Source of the DNA: Clostridia bacterium
GTDB taxonomy: Bacteria; Bacillota; Clostridia; TANB77; RGIG9151
NCBI GenBank assembly: GCA_017934955.1
Contig: JAGBIO010000012.1
Coordinates: 12,691-44,690, forward strand
Direction of reading: 5' to 3'
DNA length: 32,000 nt
The translations under genes were made by a program, and so were the position numbers. This document shows positions 22,455 through 30,481 of this stretch, piece by piece (the first letter of the stretch is position 1; each line of letters begins with the position of its first letter). Below the pieces are notes generated by a model that searched no databases, had not been told where the DNA came from, and was given only the letters and a program-made list of their open reading frames with translations.

Positions 22455-25019
22455 CTATAAAACCCATTTAATGAGTCCCATATCTTGCTTATTAATTAAC
22501 ATCGGATTCTTCGGTAAAATACGATAGGTAAATCCGTAATTTCCGCCGTTTTTCATCGGAATTTCAGCTTTATATTCGTACATATCACCGTTTTTCTGAA
22601 CTAAGTTCATCGGGCAGGAAGCCGATTCATATAAAGTCCCTTCTTCGGAAATTTTTCCGTAGTAAACTTCTACCGAAATATCTTTCGGGTCGATATTTCC
22701 CAAGTAAGCAAGGCAAGCCGGATTAATTGTCTGATTTACACAAATCGGATTGTGTTCGTATGCCGTTAAATTAATCGGATTGATATGAATGCTATCCCAA
22801 TTTTGTTTGATATAATCTTTCCATTTCGATAAATCGTAAATTTTACTGTAATTGCTTTGTGTAATATCTAAATAACGATCCATCTGAGGAACGTATAAAT
22901 CATTTGTGTAATCTTTTAACATTCTCTCGGTACTGAATTCCGGCGCAACCACCTTGATAGAAGCTTTCATCTTTTCTACCCAATCGTTCGGAACTCCGCT
23001 GGTATCGGTCGAATAATAAAGCGGCATAATGCTTTTCTCTAATGTGGTGTAAATGCTGTCGCTATCAACATTGTCCTGATGATTTAAGCTGGAATAATAT
23101 TCGTTTTTGCCGATTGACCAACCGCTGTTGTTTTTATATCCTTCAATCCACCAACCGTCTAAGATACTAAAGTTAATCGCACCGTTAATCGCAGCTTTCT
23201 GACCGCTGGTACCGCTGGCTTCAAGCGGACGACGAGGATTATTCATCCAAATATCCACGCCATGAAGCATATATCTTGCCACATTCATATTGTAGTTTTC
23301 CAACAAGATAACTTTGCCTTTAAAACCTTCCATCTTGCTGACATCATAAATATTCTTGATAATTTCCTGTCCCGGTCTGTCTGCAGGATGTGCTTTTCCG
23401 GCAAAGATAATTTGCAAAGGCATATCCGGATTCCCTAAGATTCGTTTAATTCTTTCGATATCTCTGAAAATCAAGTTGGCACGTTTATAAGTCGCAAATC
23501 TTCTTGCAAACCCGATTGTAAGTACATTCGGATCTAACATATTATCCACTTGCATAATATCGTAAGCACTTTCGCCGTTGCGTTCCATTTGTGCTTTTAA
23601 GTTGGTACGAACAATTTCAAATAACTTCTTTTTATTTTCCAAATGAATATCCCAAAGTTTTTTGTTTGGAATTTTATCGATTTTCTTCCATACTTTCGGA
23701 TCTGAAATATTGTTTTCCCAGTTATCTCCTAAGTATTCATCATAAAGTGCTTTTAACTTTGAATCCAACCAAGTTAACGTATGCACACCGTTTGTAACAT
23801 GTGTAATCGGCACTTCTTCCTTCGGGACAAGCGGCCAAACATCGCCGAAAATATCACGGGAAACTTCGCCATGAAGCTTGCTGACGCCGTTTTTCTTACC
23901 GGCAATTTTAAGAGCAAGAACACCCATATTAAAGTTTTGACCGGAATCATTGCTGCAAGACATCCCCATTTCCATAAATTCATGACGGCTGATACCCATC
24001 TGATTCCAGTAATTTCCGAAATATTTATCAATTAAAGAAATCGGGAAAATATCAATTCCTGCAGGAACCGGAGTATGCGTCGTAAAGATGGTACAGGAAG
24101 AAATAATCTCTTTTGCGTCTACAAACGGAATTTGTTTTTCTACAATTAAGTTTTTAATCAACTCAATACAAACGAAGGAAGAATGTCCTTCATTCATATG
24201 ATAAATGGTAGGTTCAATTCCTAATGCTTTTAACGTTTTTAAACCACCGATACCAAGGAAAATTTCCTGCTGAATTCGCATTTCTTGATCTCCGCCGTAT
24301 AAGCGAGCGGTAATATCACGATCGTATTGAGAATTGGATTCTACGTCGGTATCCAACATATACAACTTAATACGTCCGATATTGACTTGCCAAACCTTTG
24401 CGAAAACCGTTCTTCCCGGGAAGTCTATATTAATTACCAATTCTTCTCCCGAAGAAGTAATAACCGGCTTAATCGGAAGTTCGTTAATGTTTAGTTCGGT
24501 ATAAGTGGTTTCCTGCCAACCCTCGCGATTAATTCTCTGATTAAAATAACCTTGACGATATAAAAGTCCGATTGCAACAAAAGGAATTCCTAAGTCGCTT
24601 GCGGATTTACAATGATCTCCCGATAAAATTCCGAGACCGCCGGAATAAACAGGGAAAGATTCGTCTAAGCCATATTCTGCTGAAAAATAAGAAACGATAT
24701 TATTTGTTTTGTTGGGATAAGTTTTTGAAAACCAAGTATTTTTTTCATTCATATAAGAATCGAATTTCGATAGAATCAAATCATATTGCGATAAAAAAGC
24801 TTCGTTATGTGCTGCCTCTTCTAATTTAGATTGTTCAACATTGTTAATAAATTTCACCGGATTTTTTTGACATTGTTCCCAAAGATCAATATCAATTTGC
24901 TTGAATAATTTCAAGGACTCTGTATTCCATGACCACCATAAATTATAGGCCAATTCTTCTAATCTGTTAATCCTCTCCGGAACTTGAGGAATAACCGTAA
25001 CTCTACCAAATAAATACAT
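22455..25019 (-). CDS. glgP: Alpha-glucan (glycogen/maltodextrin) phosphorylase, GT35 alpha-glucan family
   Basis: 854 aa from ATG 25019 (RBS AGGAGG). It has LAYNLWWSWN, YFSAEYGL, SGGLGILSGDH and EASGTSGQKAAINGA (PLP-lysine region), typical of the short bacterial alpha-glucan phosphorylase family. The track ORF extends 21 codons upstream without an RBS. Confidence 0.9.
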   Translation of the reverse strand: MYLFGRVTVIPQVPERINRLEELAYNLWWSWNTESLKLFKQIDIDLWEQCQKNPVKFINNVEQSKLEEAAHNEAFLSQYDLILSKFDSYMNEKNTWFSKTYPNKTNNIVSYFSAEYGLDESFPVYSGGLGILSGDHCKSASDLGIPFVAIGLLYRQGYFNQRINREGWQETTYTELNINELPIKPVITSSGEELVINIDFPGRTVFAKVWQVNIGRIKLYMLDTDVESNSQYDRDITARLYGGDQEMRIQQEIFLGIGGLKTLKALGIEPTIYHMNEGHSSFVCIELIKNLIVEKQIPFVDAKEIISSCTIFTTHTPVPAGIDIFPISLIDKYFGNYWNQMGISRHEFMEMGMSCSNDSGQNFNMGVLALKIAGKKNGVSKLHGEVSRDIFGDVWPLVPKEEVPITHVTNGVHTLTWLDSKLKALYDEYLGDNWENNISDPKVWKKIDKIPNKKLWDIHLENKKKLFEIVRTNLKAQMERNGESAYDIMQVDNMLDPNVLTIGFARRFATYKRANLIFRDIERIKRILGNPDMPLQIIFAGKAHPADRPGQEIIKNIYDVSKMEGFKGKVILLENYNMNVARYMLHGVDIWMNNPRRPLEASGTSGQKAAINGAINFSILDGWWIEGYKNNSGWSIGKNEYYSSLNHQDNVDSDSIYTTLEKSIMPLYYSTDTSGVPNDWVEKMKASIKVVAPEFSTERMLKDYTNDLYVPQMDRYLDITQSNYSKIYDLSKWKDYIKQNWDSIHINPINLTAYEHNPICVNQTINPACLAYLGNIDPKDISVEVYYGKISEEGTLYESASCPMNLVQKNGDMYEYKAEIPMKNGGNYGFTYRILPKNPMLINKQDMGLIKWVL

Positions 25020-25053
25020 ATTTGTTCCTCCTATGTGAAAATATCTCATAATG

Positions 25054-25082
25054 ATTCTATGATAATAAATTGGAAAAATCAA
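25054..25082 (-). promoter_or_regulatory. SigmaA-type promoter of glgP
   Basis: On the minus strand: TTGATT (25082-25077), a 17-nt spacer, then TAGAAT (25059-25054). It lies about 35 nt upstream of ATG 25019. Confidence 0.55.
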
Positions 25083-25158
25083 GAGAAAATCACTTTATTT
25101 TTTGTAAAAATTAAGATATGATAGTAACGGTTTGAGTAAAAAAAACGGAGGTTAAAAA

Positions 25159-25824
25159 ATGCCGATTATCATTCTTTTTGGTATCATTATAGGATATTTA
25201 TTAAATAATTATACATTAACGGTTACCGAAGAAACGGAAGGAAATCCGATTCGGCCGGTTTTCGATAAAAAAGTGACACCGATTATTTTATTATGGAATA
25301 TCTTAATTCCGATATTGTTGTATATTGGTTACGGCGGCGTTTTTTCCGCAGGATTTTTTCGGGATTTTATATTATCCGCTTTGTTCTCTGCCATCCTTTT
25401 TATTGATGCGAAGCATTATATTATTCCGAATATTCTGAATTTAATCGGATTTGTAGCGGGAGTTGTTATTCTTTTTATCGATTCATCCGATATAGGAAAT
25501 TATCTGTTCGGTGCCGGAATCGGATTGGGATTTTTTCTGGTCATTATTCTTCTCTCTAAGTTAATTTTGAAGAAAGAAGGAATGGGGCTTGGAGATGCAA
25601 AATTAATGTGTGTGGTAGGAATTCTCTTCGGAACGGTTTATACGATTCTAACCACAATCCTATCCTTTATTTTAGCATCCGTCGGCGTTACAATATCGCT
25701 TATTTTCAAAAAGAAACAGATGGGACAGGAAATTGCCTTCGGACCCTACATCGTAGCCGCAGGCATGATAGCAATGTTTTTCGGACAAGATATCATTAAT
25801 TTGTATTTAGGACTATTGCAATAA
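25159..25824 (+). CDS. A24 family prepilin (type IV leader) peptidase, peptidase domain only
   Basis: Polytopic membrane protein with the two catalytic Asp contexts FIDAKHYIIPN and GMGLGDAKLM. It lacks the N-terminal Cys-rich/methyltransferase region. Confidence 0.85.
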   Translation: MPIIILFGIIIGYLLNNYTLTVTEETEGNPIRPVFDKKVTPIILLWNILIPILLYIGYGGVFSAGFFRDFILSALFSAILFIDAKHYIIPNILNLIGFVAGVVILFIDSSDIGNYLFGAGIGLGFFLVIILLSKLILKKEGMGLGDAKLMCVVGILFGTVYTILTTILSFILASVGVTISLIFKKKQMGQEIAFGPYIVAAGMIAMFFGQDIINLYLGLLQ

Positions 25825-25854
25825 TTGCAAACTCAATAAAAAACATCAAAACGT

Positions 25855-26005
25855 GTTACTGTTCAGGCTTAAATTTATAAAAACGGCACAGACACTGTAG
25901 GGACAGCATTTATGCTGTCCACAGAAAAGGCAGAAAGCAGGACAGCATGAATGCTGTCCCTACAATGGCTGTACCATTATTGTAGGAGATATAGTCTGAA
26001 GTAAC
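25855..26005. mobile_element. MITE-like element H (degenerate ends)
   Basis: The ends are GTTACTGTTCAGGC (25855) and AGTCTGAAGTAAC (25993-26005). Hairpins lie at 25897-25920 and 25940-25963. It is collinear with element G over its length. Confidence 0.75.
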
Positions 26006-26011
26006 CAAAAC

Positions 26012-26034
26012 GTAGGGGACGGGTCTCCCGTCCC
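26012..26034. repeat. GC-rich GTAG-headed hairpin (second REP family)
   Basis: GTAG + GGGACGGG TCT CCCGTCCC (perfect 8-bp stem), followed by GCGATATA. It is related to the copies at 8642-8667 and 26985-27010. Confidence 0.8.
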
Positions 26035-26063
26035 GCGATATACGATAGAAATGAGGTAACCAT

Positions 26064-26909
26064 ATGATAAAATTCGGACCGGGAGGAAACTCGGTATCTT
26101 TTTATGAAACAGGACATAAAAGCTCTTTAGAAGCGCCAAAATGGCTTTCTGAGATAGGGCTGAACGCGTATGAATACGAATGTGGAAACGGTGTCAGAAT
26201 TACATCGGAAACCGCAAAGAAATTTGGAGAAGAAGCGGCAAAATACGGAATTGAAGTTAGCGTACATGCGCCATACTTTATTTCTTTATCTTCTGAAGAG
26301 GAAGAAAAGCGGGAAAAGTCTGTCGGATATATCTTGCAAACCTTAAAAGCAGCGAAAGCCATGGGTGCTGCACGAATTGTGGTACACCCGGGAAGTTGCT
26401 CGAAACGTGATCGAAAAGAAGCCTTCTTACTGGCATGCGAAACGATGAAGAAAGCGGTTGCAGCTGCAAAAGCCGAAGGATACGGAGATATTTATATATG
26501 TCCCGAAACGATGGGGAAAATCAATCAAATCGGGACAGTAGAAGAGATTGCCGAAATGTGCAAAATCGATGAAATGTTAATGCCAACCATTGATTTCGGT
26601 CATATTAACGCAAGAGAAACGGGAAGTCTAAAGACAGAAGAAGATTTTGAAAAAATTGTAACGCATATGATAAAGGAATTAGGAGAAGAACGCGGAAGAA
26701 AGTTTCACGTGCATTTCAGTAAAATCGAATACACGAAAGGCGGAGAAAAATGTCACCTTACCTTTGCAGACAATGTCTATGGTCCTGAATTTGAACCGTT
26801 GGCAAAAGTATTAAAGAAGTATAAGGTTCAAGCTACCATTATCTGCGAATCCGCCGGGACCATGACGGAAGATGCTTTAGAGATGAAACGAATCTATGAG
26901 TCGATGTAG
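26064..26909 (+). CDS. Xylose-isomerase-like TIM-barrel protein (AP endonuclease family 2 / endonuclease IV-like)
   Basis: 281 aa with GIEVSVHAPYFISL, IVVHPGS and IDFGHINA metal-ligand-like contexts typical of this fold. The exact function cannot be assigned. Confidence 0.65.
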   Translation: MIKFGPGGNSVSFYETGHKSSLEAPKWLSEIGLNAYEYECGNGVRITSETAKKFGEEAAKYGIEVSVHAPYFISLSSEEEEKREKSVGYILQTLKAAKAMGAARIVVHPGSCSKRDRKEAFLLACETMKKAVAAAKAEGYGDIYICPETMGKINQIGTVEEIAEMCKIDEMLMPTIDFGHINARETGSLKTEEDFEKIVTHMIKELGEERGRKFHVHFSKIEYTKGGEKCHLTFADNVYGPEFEPLAKVLKKYKVQATIICESAGTMTEDALEMKRIYESM

Positions 26910-27010
26910 GGACGTCCTGATTCTACCGTCTGCCTATTCTGTGGACAGCATGAATGCTGTCCCTACAATGATTGTATCATCCTTGTAGGGGACGGCGTCC
27001 TCGACGTCCC
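26906..27010. repeat. REP cluster I: deleted half-doublet, intact hairpin, and a GC-rich hairpin
   Basis: - GTAGGGACGTCC at 26906-26917. This aligns with a full hairpin lacking its central 12 nt.
- GGACAGCATGAATGCTGTCCCTAC at 26943-26966.
- GTAGGGGACGGCGTCCTCGACGTCCC at 26985-27010, identical to 8642-8667. Confidence 0.8.
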
Positions 27011-27057
27011 GATATATATTCTGAATAGGGACCACAAACTTAAATAAGGAGAAAACC

Positions 27058-28074
27058 ATGAGAATACAAAAAATCAGAGAAGCCTTGCAAAAAGAACAAA
27101 CCGAGGCGATTGTTTTATCGAATATGAAAAATGTCCGATATGCTTCCGGATTTACCGGAGACACCGGAATGGCGGTTATTACGGAAAAATCCGCTTACTT
27201 AATTGTAGACGGAAGATTTACAGAACAAGCAGAAAAAGAGAGTAAAATAGAAGTTGTAGATTATAATAAGAATTTTATAAAAACGATAGAAAGTTTGTTA
27301 AAAAACGAAAACATAAAAAAATGTGCGTTTGAAGGAAATACAATGACCTACAGCGAAGCCGACTATATGATGAAAAATATCAGCGGAATTGCATGGACAC
27401 CAACCAAAGACTTGGTTGAAACCATTCGGATGGTAAAAGACAAATCCGAGTTAAAAACCATTCAAAAAGCGTTAAAAATAGCGTTAGATACTTTTGAATC
27501 AGTAAAAAAAGAAATTGTCGCCGGTGTGCAGGAAATTGAGATTGCAAACGAGATTGAATATCGAATGAAAAAAATGGGCGCAAGCGGAGCTTCGTTTGAA
27601 ACGATTGTTGCTTCAGGAAAACGTTCTTCTTTACCTCATGGGACCGCATCCGAAAAAATCATTCAAAACGGAGACGCAGTTGTCATCGATATGGGAGCGG
27701 TATATAACGGTTATTGTTCCGATATTACCAGAACGGTTTTTGTCGGAGAGCCGACAAAAGAACAGCAACGCGTTTATGATTTGGTAGAGAAAGCACAGAA
27801 AAAGGCAATCGACGCTATTAACGTCGGCGTCAGCTGTAAAGATGTCAACGAAGTTGCTGTCAGCGAATTCCGTAAAAATGCCATGGAACAGTATTTTGTG
27901 CATTCTCTCGGGCACGGTGTCGGCTTAGACGTTCATGAACGTCCTTTTGTAGCCGGTAGAAGCAGCGATGTTTTTGAACCCGGCATGGTAGTCACCGTCG
28001 AGCCCGGACTGTATTTACCGGATCAATTCGGTGTCCGCATCGAAGACATGGTATTGGTGATGAACGAAGAGTGA
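27058..28074 (+). CDS. M24 family Xaa-Pro aminopeptidase/dipeptidase
   Basis: Creatinase-like N-domain plus a pita-bread domain with metal ligands in VVIDMGAVYNGYCSDITRT, HSLGHGVGLDVHE, VTVEPG and RIEDMV. Confidence 0.85.
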   Translation: MRIQKIREALQKEQTEAIVLSNMKNVRYASGFTGDTGMAVITEKSAYLIVDGRFTEQAEKESKIEVVDYNKNFIKTIESLLKNENIKKCAFEGNTMTYSEADYMMKNISGIAWTPTKDLVETIRMVKDKSELKTIQKALKIALDTFESVKKEIVAGVQEIEIANEIEYRMKKMGASGASFETIVASGKRSSLPHGTASEKIIQNGDAVVIDMGAVYNGYCSDITRTVFVGEPTKEQQRVYDLVEKAQKKAIDAINVGVSCKDVNEVAVSEFRKNAMEQYFVHSLGHGVGLDVHERPFVAGRSSDVFEPGMVVTVEPGLYLPDQFGVRIEDMVLVMNEE

Positions 28075-28083
28075 ATATATAAT

Positions 28084-28204
28084 TACGGACAGCATGAATG
28101 CTGTCCGTACGGAAAAGAGCAGAGAGTAGGTGTAGGGACAGCATGAATGCTGTCCGTACGGAAAAGAGCAGGGAGTAGGTGTAGGGACAGCATTTATGCT
28201 ATCC
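28084..28204. repeat. Tandem REP array J (3 hairpins, 49-bp period)
   Basis: Hairpins lie at 28084-28110, 28132-28159 and 28181-28204. The spacers GGAAAAGAGCAGAGAGTAGGT and GGAAAAGAGCAGGGAGTAGGT differ at one position. Confidence 0.9.
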
Positions 28205-28235
28205 TCGGAATAGGTAGATAGTTGGAGGAATGATT

Positions 28236-29546
28236 ATGGTAAAAATAGCATTAATTTCGTTAGGATGTAATAAGAACTTAGTAGACTCCGAAATGATTTT
28301 GGGACTCTTGGCAAAACAAGGATATCAGATTACAGATGATGAAACAGAGGCGGATGTGATTATTGTAAATACCTGTGCCTTTATTCACGATGCAAAGCAG
28401 GAGTCGATTAATAAGATTATTGAAGTCGGAACATTAAAAGAAGAAAATTGTAAAGCTATAATTGTAACCGGCTGTTTGGCGAAACGTTATGAAAAGGAAA
28501 TTAAGGAAGCGCTTCCGGAAGTAGATCGTATTGTAATGATAAACGATACCGATGCTATTATTGATTTTATTGATAAAAAGATTCCGAATGATTGCGATAA
28601 AGAGATTCGTTCGATTCCTTACGGCGAAAGAATCCGTGCGACAGCACCGCATACGGCGTATGTAAAGATTGCCGACGGTTGTAACAATCATTGTACATAT
28701 TGCGTCATTCCTTCGATTCGTGGAGAATATATAAGCAGGACGATGGAAGATATTGAGGAGGAAGTACGCACTTTGGTTGACCAAGGGGTTACCGAAATTA
28801 TTTTAACAGCGCAAGATACGACGTATTATGGCTTAGATATTTACGGAAAACGCTCCTTGGCGGAATTAATAAAAAGATTGCGTAAAATCGAAGGAATTCA
28901 TTGGTTACGATTTCAATACGCTTATCCGGAGGGAATTACGGAAGAATTATTGGAGGTTGTCAAAGAGACTCCAATTGCGGTAAAATATTTTGACATTCCG
29001 ATTCAACATTGCAATAATGAAATTTTAAAGCAGATGGGAAGAAAAACGAGTAAAGAAGCGATTTTAACGTTAATTCAAAAAATTAGAGCTAATATTCCAA
29101 GTGCCGTTTTAAGAACGTCACTGATTGTTGGTTTCCCGGGGGAATCCAAAGAACAATTTGATGAGCTTTGCGAATTTGTGAAAGAGGTAAGGTTTGACAA
29201 ATTAGGCGTTTTCGCTTATTCGAAAGAAGAAGGAACTGCCGCGGCAAGAATGAAAGGACAGATTTTAAAATCCGTAAAAATTAGGAGACGCAATCAAGTG
29301 ATGGCATTGCAACAACAAATTTCGTATGAGAAAAATCAAGAGAAAGTGGGCCGAAAAATTGAAGTTTTGGTAGAAGGAAAACTTCCGGATGGCACTTATT
29401 TCGGAAGAACCTATCAAGATTCTCCTGAAATCGACGGTTTAGCCTTTATCGAAACCGAGTGCGATTTAGAATTGGGCGAGTATTATCAAACGAAAATTAC
29501 AGAGGCAAAAGAATATGATGTGATTGTGGAATTATCGGAAGAATAG
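28236..29546 (+). CDS. rimO: Ribosomal protein S12 methylthiotransferase RimO (radical SAM MTTase)
   Basis: N-terminal MTTase Cys triad context (ISLGCNKNLVDSE, VNTCAF, VTGCL), radical-SAM CNNHCTYC, and a C-terminal TRAM domain. ATG 28236 lies 7 nt after GGAGG. Confidence 0.9.
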   Translation: MVKIALISLGCNKNLVDSEMILGLLAKQGYQITDDETEADVIIVNTCAFIHDAKQESINKIIEVGTLKEENCKAIIVTGCLAKRYEKEIKEALPEVDRIVMINDTDAIIDFIDKKIPNDCDKEIRSIPYGERIRATAPHTAYVKIADGCNNHCTYCVIPSIRGEYISRTMEDIEEEVRTLVDQGVTEIILTAQDTTYYGLDIYGKRSLAELIKRLRKIEGIHWLRFQYAYPEGITEELLEVVKETPIAVKYFDIPIQHCNNEILKQMGRKTSKEAILTLIQKIRANIPSAVLRTSLIVGFPGESKEQFDELCEFVKEVRFDKLGVFAYSKEEGTAAARMKGQILKSVKIRRRNQVMALQQQISYEKNQEKVGRKIEVLVEGKLPDGTYFGRTYQDSPEIDGLAFIETECDLELGEYYQTKITEAKEYDVIVELSEE

Positions 29547-29597
29547 GTGTCATACTTTCGAAAAACGTCAATAATCATAGAATAGGAAGGTGATTCT

Positions 29598-30368
29598 TTG
29601 GAAATATTGATAGAGAATATCCAAGTGAATTATATAGACGAAGGAAAAGGAACTCCGGTGATATTTTTACAAGGATGGGGAACCAATATTGATTTATATT
29701 ATCGTGTTTTTGATAAAATAAAACAGAAAAACCGCATTATTGCATTGGATTTCCCGGGATTCGGGAAAACGCCGGAACCGGAAACGGCATGGGCTGTGGA
29801 TAACTATGTGGATTTTTTAGAGAAGTTTATTGAAAAACTAAAGCTAAAAAAAGTTGTACTAATGGGACATTCCTTCGGTGGAAGAGTGATTATTAAATTG
29901 ATGAGTCGAAAAGATAAGAACTTTGAAGTAGAGAAGATCGTATTGTTGGATAGCGCGGGAATCAAACCGAAAACGACGGTAAAGAAGCAACTTCGCCAAA
30001 AATGGTATAAAATTTGCAAGAAAGTTGTTTCTTCAAAACCCGGAGAAAAGCTATTCCCGGGCATGGTACAAAAATTGCAAAACAAATACGGCTCAGCAGA
30101 CTATCGAAAAGCCTCGCCGTTAATGAAACAAGTTTTGGTGAAAACCGTAAACGAGGATTTAACCGATTTATTACCGAATATAAATCGTCCGACACTTTTA
30201 ATATGGGGAGACTTAGATACTGCCACTCCGTTAAGTGACGCGAAATTGATGGAAGAAAAAATTCCTGATGCCGGATTAGTGGTTTTGAAAAATACCGGAC
30301 ACTATTCTTTCTTAGAAGATTTTTATACCTTCAGTAAAGTAATTGACGTATTTTTAAACAGTAAGTAG
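29598..30368 (+). CDS. Alpha/beta-fold hydrolase
   Basis: 256 aa with nucleophile elbow GHSFGG, late DLDT and GHYSF (Asp/His) contexts. TTG start follows the GGAAGGTG RBS. Confidence 0.75.
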   Translation: MEILIENIQVNYIDEGKGTPVIFLQGWGTNIDLYYRVFDKIKQKNRIIALDFPGFGKTPEPETAWAVDNYVDFLEKFIEKLKLKKVVLMGHSFGGRVIIKLMSRKDKNFEVEKIVLLDSAGIKPKTTVKKQLRQKWYKICKKVVSSKPGEKLFPGMVQKLQNKYGSADYRKASPLMKQVLVKTVNEDLTDLLPNINRPTLLIWGDLDTATPLSDAKLMEEKIPDAGLVVLKNTGHYSFLEDFYTFSKVIDVFLNSK

Positions 30369-30374
30369 AAAATT

Positions 30375-30436
30375 GGACAGCATAAATGCTGTCCGTACAG
30401 AAAAGAGTAGGCGTAGGGACAGCATTCATGCTGTCC
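30375..30436. repeat. REP pair K (heads facing inward)
   Basis: GGACAGCATAAATGCTGTCCGTAC (30375-30398), then AGAAAAGAGTAGGC, then GTAGGGACAGCATTCATGCTGTCC (30413-30436). Confidence 0.9.
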
Positions 30437-30481
30437 ATCAACTTGCCCCAAATGTAATTAGATTGCAATGGAGGATAACTT

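Noticed and set aside
5575-25019. Glycogen genes glgB and glgP as the borders of an inserted island.
   Set aside because: The genes between them are mostly core housekeeping (tsaD, the PBP, spoIVF-like genes). Only the 13.9-22.4 kb segment looks accessory, and I cannot compute compositional skew reliably by eye.
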